From the IMG/VR virus record IMGVR_UViG_3300045988_111426: 64,000 nucleotides of DNA; one strand, given 5' to 3'. A model generated the notes under the pieces. It saw nothing but the letters and a program-made list of their open reading frames with translations. It ran no database searches and was not told where the DNA came from. Made by a program: the position numbers and the translations under genes. Source of the stretch: a virus. Each line of letters opens with the position of its first letter. Position 1 is the stretch's first letter. Shown here in pieces: positions 9,419-19,433 of the stretch.

Positions 9419-10129
9419 TTATTCGTTTAGTTTCTTAGAATCTTCAATTTCGAGAAGTGATGAGATCTTATAGGAGAGTGCTTCAAGTTCATCCATAAGA
9501 TCAAACTCGCTCTCTTCACTCATCTCCTCCTTTACAAAGTCAACACCAATAAAGCCAATAGGATAATCTTTAGAGTTCTTTATAAGCTTAATGTATAGCG
9601 ACTTCGTATCATACTTGGTGATATTCAAGAGAGATTGGTCTTGATTGTCACGACGGAAATCTGCAACGGATCTCACACAAACCTGCTCATTTATCAGAAC
9701 TTCTTGATTGAGATTGATCATCATCCCAGTTGGAATACCTTGCATTGCAGTCTTGTGAGATGTGAACCCAGGCTTTGAAGTTTCATAAGTCTCAGACATT
9801 TTTGCGAAAGCAAGACCATTTAAGTTTGATTCACCATTGTGATATTCGAAGATGTAAACACGATCGGCTTCATGATCCCTGCGGAAATCATCAATCAGTC
9901 TTGATATTCTTTTGTTAATCTCAAGTCTTAGATTTATGGATTCTTTGTGCTTTTCTGATACTTCGATCTGATCTTTCTTACGATGATCTTCGAGTATCAT
10001 CTTCATGAGTTTGTTATTCTGATCGATCGTATTCTTTATGAATTTAACAGCAATAGTAACGAATATAACGGAAATGGCGATCGACAAACCAAACTCTTGG
10101 ACTAATGTTCTGAGTATTTGAATATCCAT
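9419..10129 (-). CDS. membrane-anchored hypothetical protein
   Basis: Track ORF of 236 aa with an N-terminal hydrophobic segment (LSIAISVIFVTIAVKFI). Confidence 0.55.
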   Translation of the reverse strand: MDIQILRTLVQEFGLSIAISVIFVTIAVKFIKNTIDQNNKLMKMILEDHRKKDQIEVSEKHKESINLRLEINKRISRLIDDFRRDHEADRVYIFEYHNGESNLNGLAFAKMSETYETSKPGFTSHKTAMQGIPTGMMINLNQEVLINEQVCVRSVADFRRDNQDQSLLNITKYDTKSLYIKLIKNSKDYPIGFIGVDFVKEEMSEESEFDLMDELEALSYKISSLLEIEDSKKLNE

Positions 10130-10138
10130 TTGTTATCA

Positions 10139-10151
10139 ATTTCGTTTATTT
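10139..10151 (-). promoter_or_regulatory. late-type motif variant TAAATAAACGAAA
   Basis: A one-base-insertion variant, about 10 nt upstream of the ATG at 10129. Confidence 0.35.
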
Positions 10152-10160
10152 AAAAAGGCT

Positions 10161-10194
10161 TTGGGGATGTCTCGGATACCAGAGACATCCCCAA
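10161..10194 (-). terminator. hairpin
   Basis: TTGGGGATGTCTC / GAGACATCCCCAA, a 13-bp stem. Confidence 0.55.
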
Positions 10195-10222
10195 ATCTTC
10201 AGTTTACGAAACGACAAGATGA

Positions 10223-10729
10223 CTATTCAATAAGACCAAACGTGACTATGTTCTTAATGCTTTCGCCAGTGATCTCTTGGGGGAAATGCTGAATACTTGC
10301 AACATCTACCTCAACGTTCATCTTTGATGAGATGATTTCCTCATATTCACTGTTAATCTCGTTGATCTTCTTTATGGTTTCCGAGAATTCTTCATCGACC
10401 TTCTTTGTTTCTTCTTCGAACTTCTGAAGATCTTCGTCGGAAATGTCGAGCTTACCGTCGACCATCTTCGATTCTCCATTTTCATCGAGAATGCCGTACT
10501 TGATACCAAGCTCTCTTAGTTTCTGTCTATATTCTTCGTGCTTCTCGACATTCTGCATCGCTTCATTGTAGCCCTTTCGAATGTTCGAGATTATCTCTTG
10601 TAGCTTCTGAAGATTCTTGTTTGAGAACACAGCAAGATGAATTGATGGGATCTTCTGTACGAACTCAAGTTCCGAGATGATGCTCGATATCTCGACAACA
10701 TCGACGCTGATTACCTTCGTAGTACTCAT
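10223..10729 (-). CDS. hypothetical protein
   Basis: Track ORF of 168 aa, acidic and coiled-coil-like. Confidence 0.55.
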   Translation of the reverse strand: MSTTKVISVDVVEISSIISELEFVQKIPSIHLAVFSNKNLQKLQEIISNIRKGYNEAMQNVEKHEEYRQKLRELGIKYGILDENGESKMVDGKLDISDEDLQKFEEETKKVDEEFSETIKKINEINSEYEEIISSKMNVEVDVASIQHFPQEITGESIKNIVTFGLIE

Positions 10730-10736
10730 TTACTAA

Positions 10737-11441
10737 TTAGTTATTGATATTTTCTTGTTTTAAAAAGTATTCTAACATCCAGTACGAGTCGATGATATCC
10801 TGTACAGGACATAAGACCTCGTTGAATTCCTTCCCTTTCTTTATACGTTTTTTTATGAACTGATTTTCATTTTCAGAGATGCACTTATGGAAGGCATTCA
10901 CTGCTCCGTTATTAATGTAAGATCTAAGCATGTCGTATTTGTCGAATGAACCTTTACCAACAAACGCTTTCACCTTTGGTGCAGGGATTATGTAAAAGTT
11001 CTCAAGATTACAAACACGCTCGATAAGTGATCTTTTGAGGGAGAACGTGTTTTCCACCATTTGGATAAGAGTGGAAGATTGTGACGAGTATGAGTAGTTT
11101 TCTATTATACAAGCCACGGATTCCCGATTATACTCACCATAAAGCTCGAGGAGAGTTCTTGAAATCTTCTGACAGAGATCTTCTCCGTAGTAGATGCAAT
11201 TTTCAACATGTTCTCTTTCCCAACCATAGAGACCGTCTTCTCGGAGGTTCGGAGACGTAACTGGGGAACGATAATAAGAATGATAGGAAAAGTTGGACGA
11301 TTCAGAAAGTTTGTCTATGATTTCCTTGGTTTTCTTCGATGATTTATCGAAGTTGATATAGCTCATGAAGTGATATTCTCCATCTTTATAGAACGTCACA
11401 CCAGTGCTATTAAGAGAAAAGTCTATCGAGACGTAGATCAT
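10737..11441 (-). CDS. RuvC-like Holliday junction resolvase
   Basis: MIYVSIDFSLNSTG (first Asp), CIIENYSYS (Glu) and IIPAPKVKAFVGKG. Track ORF trimmed to the ATG at 11441, because the longer form overlaps the divergent gene. Confidence 0.55.
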   Translation of the reverse strand: MIYVSIDFSLNSTGVTFYKDGEYHFMSYINFDKSSKKTKEIIDKLSESSNFSYHSYYRSPVTSPNLREDGLYGWEREHVENCIYYGEDLCQKISRTLLELYGEYNRESVACIIENYSYSSQSSTLIQMVENTFSLKRSLIERVCNLENFYIIPAPKVKAFVGKGSFDKYDMLRSYINNGAVNAFHKCISENENQFIKKRIKKGKEFNEVLCPVQDIIDSYWMLEYFLKQENINN

Positions 11442-11461
11442 ACTTTTATTATTCTTATAAT

Positions 11462-11890
11462 ATGGAAGTTTTTGGAGCTTTAACGAAAGTGGAAGTTGAG
11501 AACGGTTGTGTGAAAGTGACTGTCGATGAACCAATCCAACCATTCATTGATGAGCTTCGTCATATCGGTTTCAAGAAGCAGACAGCCTCGTTGTACGTGG
11601 CAGACAACACAGAACTCTTGGAATCTGCTCGAGAGATTTGTTCGTTCTATTTTTCTGCAGGGAAAACGATGACCTCGGGAAATCGTAAGCTTTGTAAGAC
11701 GATAGAAGACTACTATTCAAACGGTTGTGGGACTGCAGATGTTGACTTCAAGAAAACTGACGAAGGAATCTGGGTTTACTCATTGAGTGGAATCTACGGA
11801 AGTGCTGAAGATATGGCAGAAGATATAAAAAAGATGAGAGCATCGATAATTTGCACAAGAAATGGAAGAAGAGTTTGTTTTACACGGTAA
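11462..11890 (+). CDS. hypothetical protein
   Basis: Track ORF of 142 aa. Confidence 0.5.
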   Translation: MEVFGALTKVEVENGCVKVTVDEPIQPFIDELRHIGFKKQTASLYVADNTELLESAREICSFYFSAGKTMTSGNRKLCKTIEDYYSNGCGTADVDFKKTDEGIWVYSLSGIYGSAEDMAEDIKKMRASIICTRNGRRVCFTR

Positions 11891-12161
11891 TATAAAGTTC
11901 ACAGAAAGTGGTGTTGTGAACCCACTTGGGCAGATCTGCACATATGAGGAGTTCATAGAGAAGATCCGAGACAATGATAATGTTCGAGACATCTTCGAAG
12001 ATGTCTCATATGCGTTCAAGATGACATATAACGACTATCATCGGATTTTCCCAGATAACAAGAGAAATCTTGAGCGAACGTTTAACATTGTCCCCCAATG
12101 TGGGAAAACCAGACACTTCGACTTTTATAAGAAACATGGGTTCGAGATCTACGTGGATTAG
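11862..12161 (+). CDS. hypothetical protein
   Basis: Track ORF of 99 aa, followed by a strong terminator. Confidence 0.5.
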   Translation: MEEEFVLHGNIKFTESGVVNPLGQICTYEEFIEKIRDNDNVRDIFEDVSYAFKMTYNDYHRIFPDNKRNLERTFNIVPQCGKTRHFDFYKKHGFEIYVD

Positions 12162-12189
12162 AATTCATAAATGTTTACGGGTTAAGTAG

Positions 12190-12223
12190 AAAGCCCCGAC
12201 GAGAACGATCTCGTCGGGGCTTT
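12190..12223 (+). terminator. rho-independent terminator
   Basis: AAAGCCCCGACGAGA / TCTCGTCGGGGCTTT followed by a T-run. Confidence 0.7.
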
Positions 12224-12241
12224 TGATTTTCGTGAATATGG

Positions 12242-12253
12242 TAAATAACGAAA
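12242..12253 (+). promoter_or_regulatory. late-type motif TAAATAACGAAA
   Basis: Exact 12-mer, 15 nt upstream of the ATG at 12269. Confidence 0.5.
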
Positions 12254-12268
12254 TCTCAAAGAACAATA

Positions 12269-13777
12269 ATGAATTCACGATACATACGAATAAGTACAGA
12301 ACTTCTACTTGAATTCGTTGCAAGTGCATCAGAGAAGCACGATACCGATGTTCGACTTCGTAGAATAACTTCGGAATATGACGGCACATGTACTCTGTAT
12401 AACGAGAAGGGAACTGGGAACAGTATCGACAAAGTGCATCTCATCACCGACAGGTATGACACAATGGCGGTTGGTGAAGAAGGTGGGAAACTGTCGGATT
12501 CCAACACGCTTTTCAGAGATGAAAAATGCGACCTTCGTTTCTATGACAAGATGAAATACAACAAGGTTCGTCTTCATCTTCTTTGTGGATACAACTTGCA
12601 GAACATAGAAGGCTTAGGTATAAACCTTTTCATTAGAGATACCGAGAAGGTCTTTAATCTTGCCGATATTGTCATTTTCTCTCCACGTATCGGAGATGTG
12701 ACATATACAAGATCACCAAAGAGAATCACGGAATCAGTCTTTGACAGATACATCGAGTTTGACATCATAAGCATTGACGATATTCTCGAATATTCTCGAA
12801 CAGATGAAGAAATGGTAAAGAGAGTGTTCGGACAAGATATGGTCATTGACGGCGTTCTTCATGTCGAGACTTATGAAATCCGAAATCTTCACGTAGAGAA
12901 CGGATTCAAGGTATTCCAAACATACAACAAGCATCGGTCATCATTTCCGATTGGGAACGAATATAAATCGTTAAGCGCAGAACTGAGATTTTCGGAAGAC
13001 AAGACTTGTGTTGAGTTCTCGGGAAGTTTTGAAGGTATGAGTTTCGAGGACTTCATGTACAGACTAAACTCGATGTCAAAGAACTCTTATTTTGTACAAC
13101 ACGAGATAAGAGTTGTTGAACAGGTTGGTAACTCTTTCATTGAGCAGGATACGTGGGTAACTGTACAGAACACTGACTTTGACAAGATCTTCAAGTTCAG
13201 ACCAGTGATAGAGAACAAGGGTGTGATCTCGGTCAGCATCGATTATAGGATGACCTTGGTGAATGCTTATAACGCAAACGGCATGAGTGTAGAAGCATCA
13301 ATAAGCACACGAGACATACAAAGTTTCCAAGGGAAGTTGGTAAAACTTCAAGCACCTTTGCAAAACATAAGAGTTGTGCAGAAAATTGCGAGATCTTCAG
13401 ATAAGAACATACGTGAGGTGTCAAACGATGTCATAAAGACGAAGTATATCACAAAGTACGTAAACGTTACCGATATCACAACCGACAAGAAGGACATCCA
13501 CGTCACGCCATTTAGATCGACCTACAGGATAAATCTGAAAGGTGTAGAATCACAGAACAACAATCATCGTGCTTTCCTCGTCTATGTTGATGACTATGGG
13601 CAGAAGCACTATATGAAGAACGTGGTGAGTGAAGAGCTGTCGGCTCGTGAGTACATGTTCATAATGGAAGAAAACACGTCTGTTACGATTCTTAAAAATG
13701 CGAATCGTAAGCTCTATTTCGTCATAATAGAGAATGATGTAGAAAATGTGATCGATGTCTTGAACATCACGACTTAA
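12269..13777 (+). CDS. hypothetical virion-type protein
   Basis: Track ORF of 502 aa with the late-type motif upstream. Confidence 0.65.
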   Translation: MNSRYIRISTELLLEFVASASEKHDTDVRLRRITSEYDGTCTLYNEKGTGNSIDKVHLITDRYDTMAVGEEGGKLSDSNTLFRDEKCDLRFYDKMKYNKVRLHLLCGYNLQNIEGLGINLFIRDTEKVFNLADIVIFSPRIGDVTYTRSPKRITESVFDRYIEFDIISIDDILEYSRTDEEMVKRVFGQDMVIDGVLHVETYEIRNLHVENGFKVFQTYNKHRSSFPIGNEYKSLSAELRFSEDKTCVEFSGSFEGMSFEDFMYRLNSMSKNSYFVQHEIRVVEQVGNSFIEQDTWVTVQNTDFDKIFKFRPVIENKGVISVSIDYRMTLVNAYNANGMSVEASISTRDIQSFQGKLVKLQAPLQNIRVVQKIARSSDKNIREVSNDVIKTKYITKYVNVTDITTDKKDIHVTPFRSTYRINLKGVESQNNNHRAFLVYVDDYGQKHYMKNVVSEELSAREYMFIMEENTSVTILKNANRKLYFVIIENDVENVIDVLNITT

Positions 13778-13846
13778 AGAGAGGTACTTTCCTTGAACTC
13801 GAAGACACCCAAGAATAGTTTCATAGCGGAAAGTATAAGAAAAAGC
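13774..13846 (+). repeat. partial copy of dispersed hairpin element
   Basis: TTAAAGAGAGGTACTTTCCTTGAACTCGAAG ... TTTCATAGCGGAAA. The TAA of TTAAAG is the stop codon of the upstream gene, and the right arm is replaced by a terminator hairpin. Confidence 0.7.
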
Positions 13847-13887
13847 AAGAGAGCCACATCTGGAACACTTCCAGATGTGGCTCTCTT
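13847..13887. terminator. bidirectional hairpin
   Basis: AAGAGAGCCACATCTGGAA / TTCCAGATGTGGCTCTCTT, a 19-bp stem. Confidence 0.65.
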
Positions 13888-13915
13888 GTTAGTAATATTA
13901 GAATAAAGTCGAATG

Positions 13916-15721
13916 TTAGTATTCGATACCTGCTTCTTGAGCTGTCTTTGCTCTTGTCTTCTTTCTCTTTGACATATCAATAACTGGCTTACTACCATCT
14001 TTGTTGATGATTCCTTTTTCGGGAACGTAAGTACGACCATAACCAAGAGCAAGCATAGACTGCCAGTCCCCAGAATCAAGCGCACGAGCTTTCTTCATAT
14101 TCACACGCAACCTCAAAGTATCGGGGAAATCATCGAATCCAAGAGTTCCATCGGGGAAGGTGATATCAAACGATTCCATTATGAGATTTCCAACAGAAGC
14201 TATCGGATTGTAAGGATTTCCGATGACCATGTGATATTCTCCCACTGGTGCACCACTTACCAATGAGTGAACAGCTACTGATTGTGGGCGAGATTGTGCA
14301 CTTCTCATATCCATTATCGTTCCGAAGCCCTTACCGAGAACACCTTTGATTGCGTTGAGGTCTCCCGAAAGAATCCCACCCATAAGCTGTTTGAAAGCAT
14401 CACCCACAACGCTAAATGCGCTCTTGAACTGATCCATAATGCTACCAAAGTAACCACCATAATCACCACTGTAGAACTTGCTAGCATCACCGAGGAATCC
14501 GAACTGCTTCTGAGTAGCTGGCATAAATCGGTTCGCACCACCCCACCATTTAGCGTGGAAGAAGGTGAGGGCAAGGAGGTTGTTAATGAGGTCTAACATT
14601 ACGAGCTTTGGATTCATGTTCGAGTAAGATTTCAACTGATAATCAAAGACAAGAGTGAACTTGAACTCGCCACCAATACCAGTGTCACGTGTCATAGTGT
14701 CCTTGACAACGTTGACTGGGCCGTAGACCTTGTGAGTATAACTAAAGTCCATAGATGCACGAGCTGCACTTATACTGGCATTTTGACGACCAGTGATATC
14801 ACCTTTACCAGTTATTGCAGAGAGGTACTTACCAATACCGACGTAGTTGTTATTCACCGTTGACGTGAGATTGTTGGCAGTCTTTGATGTCGCATTGAGA
14901 GCACCTGCAACACGACCAGTTCCAGAAAGTCTTCCAAGTTGACCGATCTTGTTAACCTTTGCAGATTCTTCAAGACCTGGTTGTGATTGGGCTTGAGCAT
15001 CCCATATCTGAGAAGAAACTGCTTTCCAATTGATCTTACCATTGATCTTCAAGATATCAGAGAGGTTGTTATCTGTCGGTTCTCCAAAGTAAGTGACGGC
15101 TTGTGCAACTGGTCTTATGTTCTTTCTTTCAGAGAACTCAAGGTTATCATAAGTCGGATAAGGATAACGACGAAGTGTGATAAGTCTGTTCAAAGGGAGC
15201 ATGCGATACCACTTACAATAAAGGAAGTCGTTGGCGTAGTAAGGCATCTGAGTGATTTCCTCCTTGTTATTGACCTTAAAATCGATAAGAAGTTGTTCAA
15301 TTGTAGGTTCACCAGCATTCTTCTTATGACCAAAGATTCCTCGATCACCTTTTCGATCGAGGAAGTCACGTGCACCAGAAGCAAGAGGATGAATCATAAT
15401 CGAATAATCATTAAAGATTGACGGAACACCTTTGGATTGGACACCACCAGTGAAATATTCATCCGCTTCTGCATTGTCATCATCAGAATCGTGTTCGGCA
15501 TAGACAAGCTGACTATTCCTCTCAAGACCTGCTGGTGCAGATACAGTGACCTCGTCGATCATGTGAGCATCTGGATCAGATGCGGTTATAGAACCATCAT
15601 CTGATGATTTCTCCCCATTTTTCACATTTGGGTTAACACCAGTTTTTATTATAGACTTCCCATCTTTCACAGATTTTGCAGGGGAATTCTTTGTTGTTTT
15701 TCTAACTTGTTTTTTCTTCAT
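13916..15721 (-). CDS. virion protein, possibly gp48-like baseplate/tail-tube junction protein
   Basis: Track ORF of 601 aa. It is the last gene of an operon driven from the late-type motif at 17422. There is only a loose pattern resemblance to T4 gp48 (FKFTLVFDY..., GNPYNPI...ITFPDG). Confidence 0.3.
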   Translation of the reverse strand: MKKKQVRKTTKNSPAKSVKDGKSIIKTGVNPNVKNGEKSSDDGSITASDPDAHMIDEVTVSAPAGLERNSQLVYAEHDSDDDNAEADEYFTGGVQSKGVPSIFNDYSIMIHPLASGARDFLDRKGDRGIFGHKKNAGEPTIEQLLIDFKVNNKEEITQMPYYANDFLYCKWYRMLPLNRLITLRRYPYPTYDNLEFSERKNIRPVAQAVTYFGEPTDNNLSDILKINGKINWKAVSSQIWDAQAQSQPGLEESAKVNKIGQLGRLSGTGRVAGALNATSKTANNLTSTVNNNYVGIGKYLSAITGKGDITGRQNASISAARASMDFSYTHKVYGPVNVVKDTMTRDTGIGGEFKFTLVFDYQLKSYSNMNPKLVMLDLINNLLALTFFHAKWWGGANRFMPATQKQFGFLGDASKFYSGDYGGYFGSIMDQFKSAFSVVGDAFKQLMGGILSGDLNAIKGVLGKGFGTIMDMRSAQSRPQSVAVHSLVSGAPVGEYHMVIGNPYNPIASVGNLIMESFDITFPDGTLGFDDFPDTLRLRVNMKKARALDSGDWQSMLALGYGRTYVPEKGIINKDGSKPVIDMSKRKKTRAKTAQEAGIEY

Positions 15722-15736
15722 ATCAACCAGTGATGA

Positions 15737-16825
15737 CTAATAATTGAGAGACGATGAAAGTCCATCATCTTCGGCTTCCGTGAGTGAATCTGCACCATCT
15801 GCAGGATCAGAGTTTGGAACATAGATTCGAGCTTCATCTTCCACTAGTGGATCATTTGTCACAAGCTTCGTATTCGGAGATTTTGGAATCTTCATATCGG
15901 AAGATGCGGAACGGAACTCTGCAAGCTTCTTGATAAGTTCTGCTCTTGAGTTAGTGGAAAGTGATCCATCGTCATGGGTAACATCCACGACATCAACATC
16001 CACGACATCATCTTGTGCAAAGATCTCTTCTTCACTGTCCTTTTTCAGATTCTTAAATGATGATTGCACCGAATCGATGTATTCTCTTTGATACTTCGAA
16101 AGGTCAAGGATCATCTTCTGCAGTTTTACCAGTGAATCGATATTCTTCGGTGAAGGATTCTTCACTATCTCTTTGTAGATCTTCTTGAGAAGTCTGTTAG
16201 AGATGACAATTTGAAGAGTGATCGATGAGATCGATTGTTGTTCAAAGGCGAGTTTGTTGAGGATGAACTTATGCTTCTCGATCGTTCCCTTATCAAGGTA
16301 GAGTTCAGCGACAGATTTTAGGAGATCATTGGCTCTCGAAAGTGCCATTGTCGTGTTCTCGTCATATTCACCATCTGCAAGTTCTGCTTCTTGAAGTCTT
16401 TGAAGTCTTTCCTTTTCCTCATCGGAAGCATCATCCCCAAGAATTGTCGACGGAAGATAGCCGTCCATCAGCGAGGTTTCAAGCATGTGAATCAGACGAT
16501 CATCTTCCTCATCCTCTTCATTCTTGATATGCTCTTTGTTGGAGAGTATGTTGTCCCCGAAGAACTTCTCAGCATCTTGTTTTGTTGAGAACACTTCGAT
16601 ATCTTCAAGTTCTTCCCCATCTGTCGTGCAGAAAGTCACGATCCATTTGTCGTTGAACTTTTCACGATACTTATCGGCTTCCTTCTTGCTTTTAAACTTT
16701 TCGACTATCTTTGTTGATTTCTTCCCATCTATAAACTTGTTCACTTGATAAGGTTGATTTTTACCAAGTGTGTAAGATTGTGAACATGTCACATAATAAG
16801 GCTTATTTGCGATTTTAATAGACAT
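15737..16825 (-). CDS. hypothetical acidic protein
   Basis: Track ORF of 362 aa. Confidence 0.55.
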   Translation of the reverse strand: MSIKIANKPYYVTCSQSYTLGKNQPYQVNKFIDGKKSTKIVEKFKSKKEADKYREKFNDKWIVTFCTTDGEELEDIEVFSTKQDAEKFFGDNILSNKEHIKNEEDEEDDRLIHMLETSLMDGYLPSTILGDDASDEEKERLQRLQEAELADGEYDENTTMALSRANDLLKSVAELYLDKGTIEKHKFILNKLAFEQQSISSITLQIVISNRLLKKIYKEIVKNPSPKNIDSLVKLQKMILDLSKYQREYIDSVQSSFKNLKKDSEEEIFAQDDVVDVDVVDVTHDDGSLSTNSRAELIKKLAEFRSASSDMKIPKSPNTKLVTNDPLVEDEARIYVPNSDPADGADSLTEAEDDGLSSSLNY

Positions 16826-17408
16826 TTTCAGACGAAAGTTTTAGTGGGGTCATTTCTTCCAAAGGTGAGACTTCTTCGATTGAGTTGTATCTGAAAGTGC
16901 AGGTAAACTCTCTGTAACCAAAGCCATTCTCATTTTTCTTCAAGGAAATCGAAGATATGCTCTCGAAGACAACACCGTGGTAATTCTGTGTGAAGATCAC
17001 ATAGCCGTACTGATCGATAATGTCGAGCGTGATATGAGGAAGAATGAAGTCAGTGTTCTTATCACGACGATCTATGAACTCGACAAACATTGATCTCATG
17101 AGAAAGTAAGTGAAGAAGTTGTTCCTTATCTTGAAACTAACAGTGATCGACTTTTTGATTGATGATGTAGCAGACAGAGAACCTGCGTAATGTCTCTTTG
17201 ATCCGTCTCTGGATGTTTGATCAACTATTTGTGTAGACATCTGAGGGATGTCAACACCGTATATTGAATCGTTGACATATGCAATCATAGAATCAAAGAC
17301 TGGTGTCTGTCTATCAAACCATCTCTGAAACTTCTTCCTCACAGAAGGTATGAGAAATTGTCTCGAAAAGTATAAGTGAAATCTGTTAAAAACTGGATTA
17401 GAAAGCAT
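16815..17408 (-). CDS. hypothetical virion protein (tail-tube-fold-like pattern)
   Basis: Track ORF of 197 aa with the late-type motif 14 nt upstream. Confidence 0.4.
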   Translation of the reverse strand: MLSNPVFNRFHLYFSRQFLIPSVRKKFQRWFDRQTPVFDSMIAYVNDSIYGVDIPQMSTQIVDQTSRDGSKRHYAGSLSATSSIKKSITVSFKIRNNFFTYFLMRSMFVEFIDRRDKNTDFILPHITLDIIDQYGYVIFTQNYHGVVFESISSISLKKNENGFGYREFTCTFRYNSIEEVSPLEEMTPLKLSSENVY

Positions 17409-17421
17409 CTTCCGTCAGCGA

Positions 17422-17433
17422 TTTCGTTATTTA
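17422..17433 (-). promoter_or_regulatory. late-type motif TAAATAACGAAA
   Basis: Exact 12-mer upstream of the ATG at 17408. Confidence 0.5.
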
Positions 17434-17457
17434 CGATATCTTTTCCCGACGTATATC

Positions 17458-17469
17458 TTTAAATAAAGG
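17458..17469 (+). promoter_or_regulatory. late-type motif variant TTTAAATAAAGG
   Basis: 20 nt upstream of the ATG at 17490, divergent from the motif at 17422. Confidence 0.35.
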
Positions 17470-17489
17470 CTGTAGATAAAAACAAAAAG

Positions 17490-17831
17490 ATGAAAGATAT
17501 CAACATCGATCCAAGTGCAACAAAAATGGACATAAATGACAATATCAACAAATACATCCAAGAAATTGTCATGATCCTCAACACTTCACCCCATGAAGTC
17601 ATGGGATCTTTTGGAATGCCACTTGATCTTGAAAGACTGGTTTATGAGACAAACATCGATAATAAGGCGCTGGAACGTGAGATAATGACGAAGATAAGAG
17701 AATATTCTACTTATTACGACATGTTCCACACTGAGGTTGAAGTTAGCTTCATGGAAACCGAGGAGCGAGATACTTGCATAATTGACATAACAATAAACTA
17801 TACTAAAAAACTGTCATTCGTTATACGATAA
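17490..17831 (+). CDS. baseplate wedge protein, GPW/gp25 family
   Basis: IQEIVMILNTSPHEVMGSFGMPLDLERLVYE matches the gp25-family core. Size of 113 aa fits. Confidence 0.7.
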   Translation: MKDINIDPSATKMDINDNINKYIQEIVMILNTSPHEVMGSFGMPLDLERLVYETNIDNKALEREIMTKIREYSTYYDMFHTEVEVSFMETEERDTCIIDITINYTKKLSFVIR

Positions 17832-17881
17832 GAACCATAAAGAAAGTATTCGAGTAAAACAACTCATAACAACAAATCTTT

Positions 17882-18445
17882 ATGACTTCGGCAAGAATAG
17901 ATGGGCGACAATTCACCACAAGCTCAAAACAGCGTGAACTTTTCGCATTGTGCTTGAAAGTTATCAAGGGTGGAATGAGACTTCAAGATGTTCCACAGAA
18001 GAAGTACTATGGTGTGAAAAACATCGTCGAGAGATACTATCAAGGAAAGATTTCTATGGAGCATATTCTCGAAAAGTCAACATCCGCAATAGTTCGAGGT
18101 GATAATGGTAATCAGACGATCATCACGAATGGTTACAAGATTGAGAAGAATCCAAACTATGAAGATGAAGGGGGGGAGACGATTTTCTACATGTACCTCC
18201 CAAAAAGAGCGATCGACGAAATCCCGAGGATCTTCAACTATGGTATCCGATCGATGAATTATGGATCGATGACAGAGACGAACGAGTTCTGTAGATTCCA
18301 AGACAACGTTGTGGTTGTGATATCGACAAACATAAAGGTGAGAAAGAAGATAGACGAATTCAAAAGGAAGGCGGTCTATTATGGTCTTGATGTTGTAAGA
18401 CCTCAAGATATCAGAGAAATACAATACAAACTGGAAAATGTCTAA
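17882..18445 (+). CDS. hypothetical protein
   Basis: Track ORF of 187 aa. Confidence 0.55.
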   Translation: MTSARIDGRQFTTSSKQRELFALCLKVIKGGMRLQDVPQKKYYGVKNIVERYYQGKISMEHILEKSTSAIVRGDNGNQTIITNGYKIEKNPNYEDEGGETIFYMYLPKRAIDEIPRIFNYGIRSMNYGSMTETNEFCRFQDNVVVVISTNIKVRKKIDEFKRKAVYYGLDVVRPQDIREIQYKLENV

Positions 18446-19244
18446 TAGAAGTGAAATAATCCACAGAGACCTTTTTGGTGAACTCAAGGAGATGATGTCA
18501 TGTAGTCATCTTGGAGAAATCGTCTCTCTTGAGGGAACAGATAAAGACCCAGGCAGGGTAAAAATTAGGGTCTTTGGGGTGTTTGATTCCAAAGACCTCG
18601 GAAGCATACCAGATGAAGATCTTCCATACGCTTATCCAATAGAAACCCTTTCATTTGGTAGCAAAAGTGGTGCAGGTGCGTATTCTGCACCAAAGGTGGG
18701 AAGCATTGTAAGAGTGGTGTTCAAGGACGACATTTATCATCCTCGATACTTCTCTATTGAATGGTTAGATGAAGAACTTCGGCAGGAAATAAAAAATGAT
18801 CCCGAGAACTTCCATTCACTTCTGTTCGATACTGATGAGAAGATGAAGATCTTCTACAGTAAAAAGAAAGGTATGATGATTGATTACAATGAATCAAACG
18901 TAAACATCAAGCCAGATGGGTCGATAGTGATCACGCATCGTGGAGGATCTGCAGTTATAGAACTCAGAGGTGACGATATCGACATTGTCTCCAAGAATCA
19001 GATCAACATCTCTTCAGAGAATAGCGTCACCGTGAACTCACAGAAGATACACGACAATGGTTCTGAGTACATGGCAGGTGCAAATCCTTCTTACAAAATG
19101 GTAAATGGTGAACCACTGATGATACTCCTTAAAGGTCTTGCACAGATAATAGGAACTAAACTTCCAATTGATCCAAGCGCATCAACACTCGTGCAATCTA
19201 TGGAACAATCAGTGCTTAGTGCAACTTGTAAAGTTTCTCCTTAA
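18438..19244 (+). CDS. baseplate central spike, gp5/VgrG-like (OB domain plus beta-helix)
   Basis: GRVKIRVFGV...DLPYAYP...PKVGSIVRVVFKDDIYHPRYF, followed by repetitive beta-helix-like VNIKPDGSIVITHRGGSAVIELRGDDIDIV. Confidence 0.65.
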   Translation: MSNRSEIIHRDLFGELKEMMSCSHLGEIVSLEGTDKDPGRVKIRVFGVFDSKDLGSIPDEDLPYAYPIETLSFGSKSGAGAYSAPKVGSIVRVVFKDDIYHPRYFSIEWLDEELRQEIKNDPENFHSLLFDTDEKMKIFYSKKKGMMIDYNESNVNIKPDGSIVITHRGGSAVIELRGDDIDIVSKNQINISSENSVTVNSQKIHDNGSEYMAGANPSYKMVNGEPLMILLKGLAQIIGTKLPIDPSASTLVQSMEQSVLSATCKVSP

Positions 19245-19266
19245 AAAGGGAAACTAAGAAATAAGA

Positions 19267-19318
19267 AAAACCGATTGGGGTCATCTGATGCTATTTTCAG
19301 ATGACCCCAATCGGTTTT
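19267..19318. terminator. bidirectional hairpin
   Basis: AAAACCGATTGGGGTCATCTGA / TCAGATGACCCCAATCGGTTTT, a 22-bp stem. Confidence 0.7.
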
Positions 19319-19333
19319 CAAGTATGTCTTCTG

Positions 19334-19430
19334 ATAAAGACGAGGTACTTTCCTTGAACTTGGAGGTACTCGAAGCTATGAAAACAACACCAAACTTTTC
19401 AGAGTGCAAGGAAAGTGCCTTCCTTGAAGT
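19334..19430 (+). repeat. dispersed hairpin element, diverged full copy
   Basis: GGTACTTTCCTTG at 19344 and CAAGGAAAGTGCC at 19407. It abuts the stop codon of the TerL fragment. Confidence 0.75.
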
Positions 19431-19433
19431 CGG

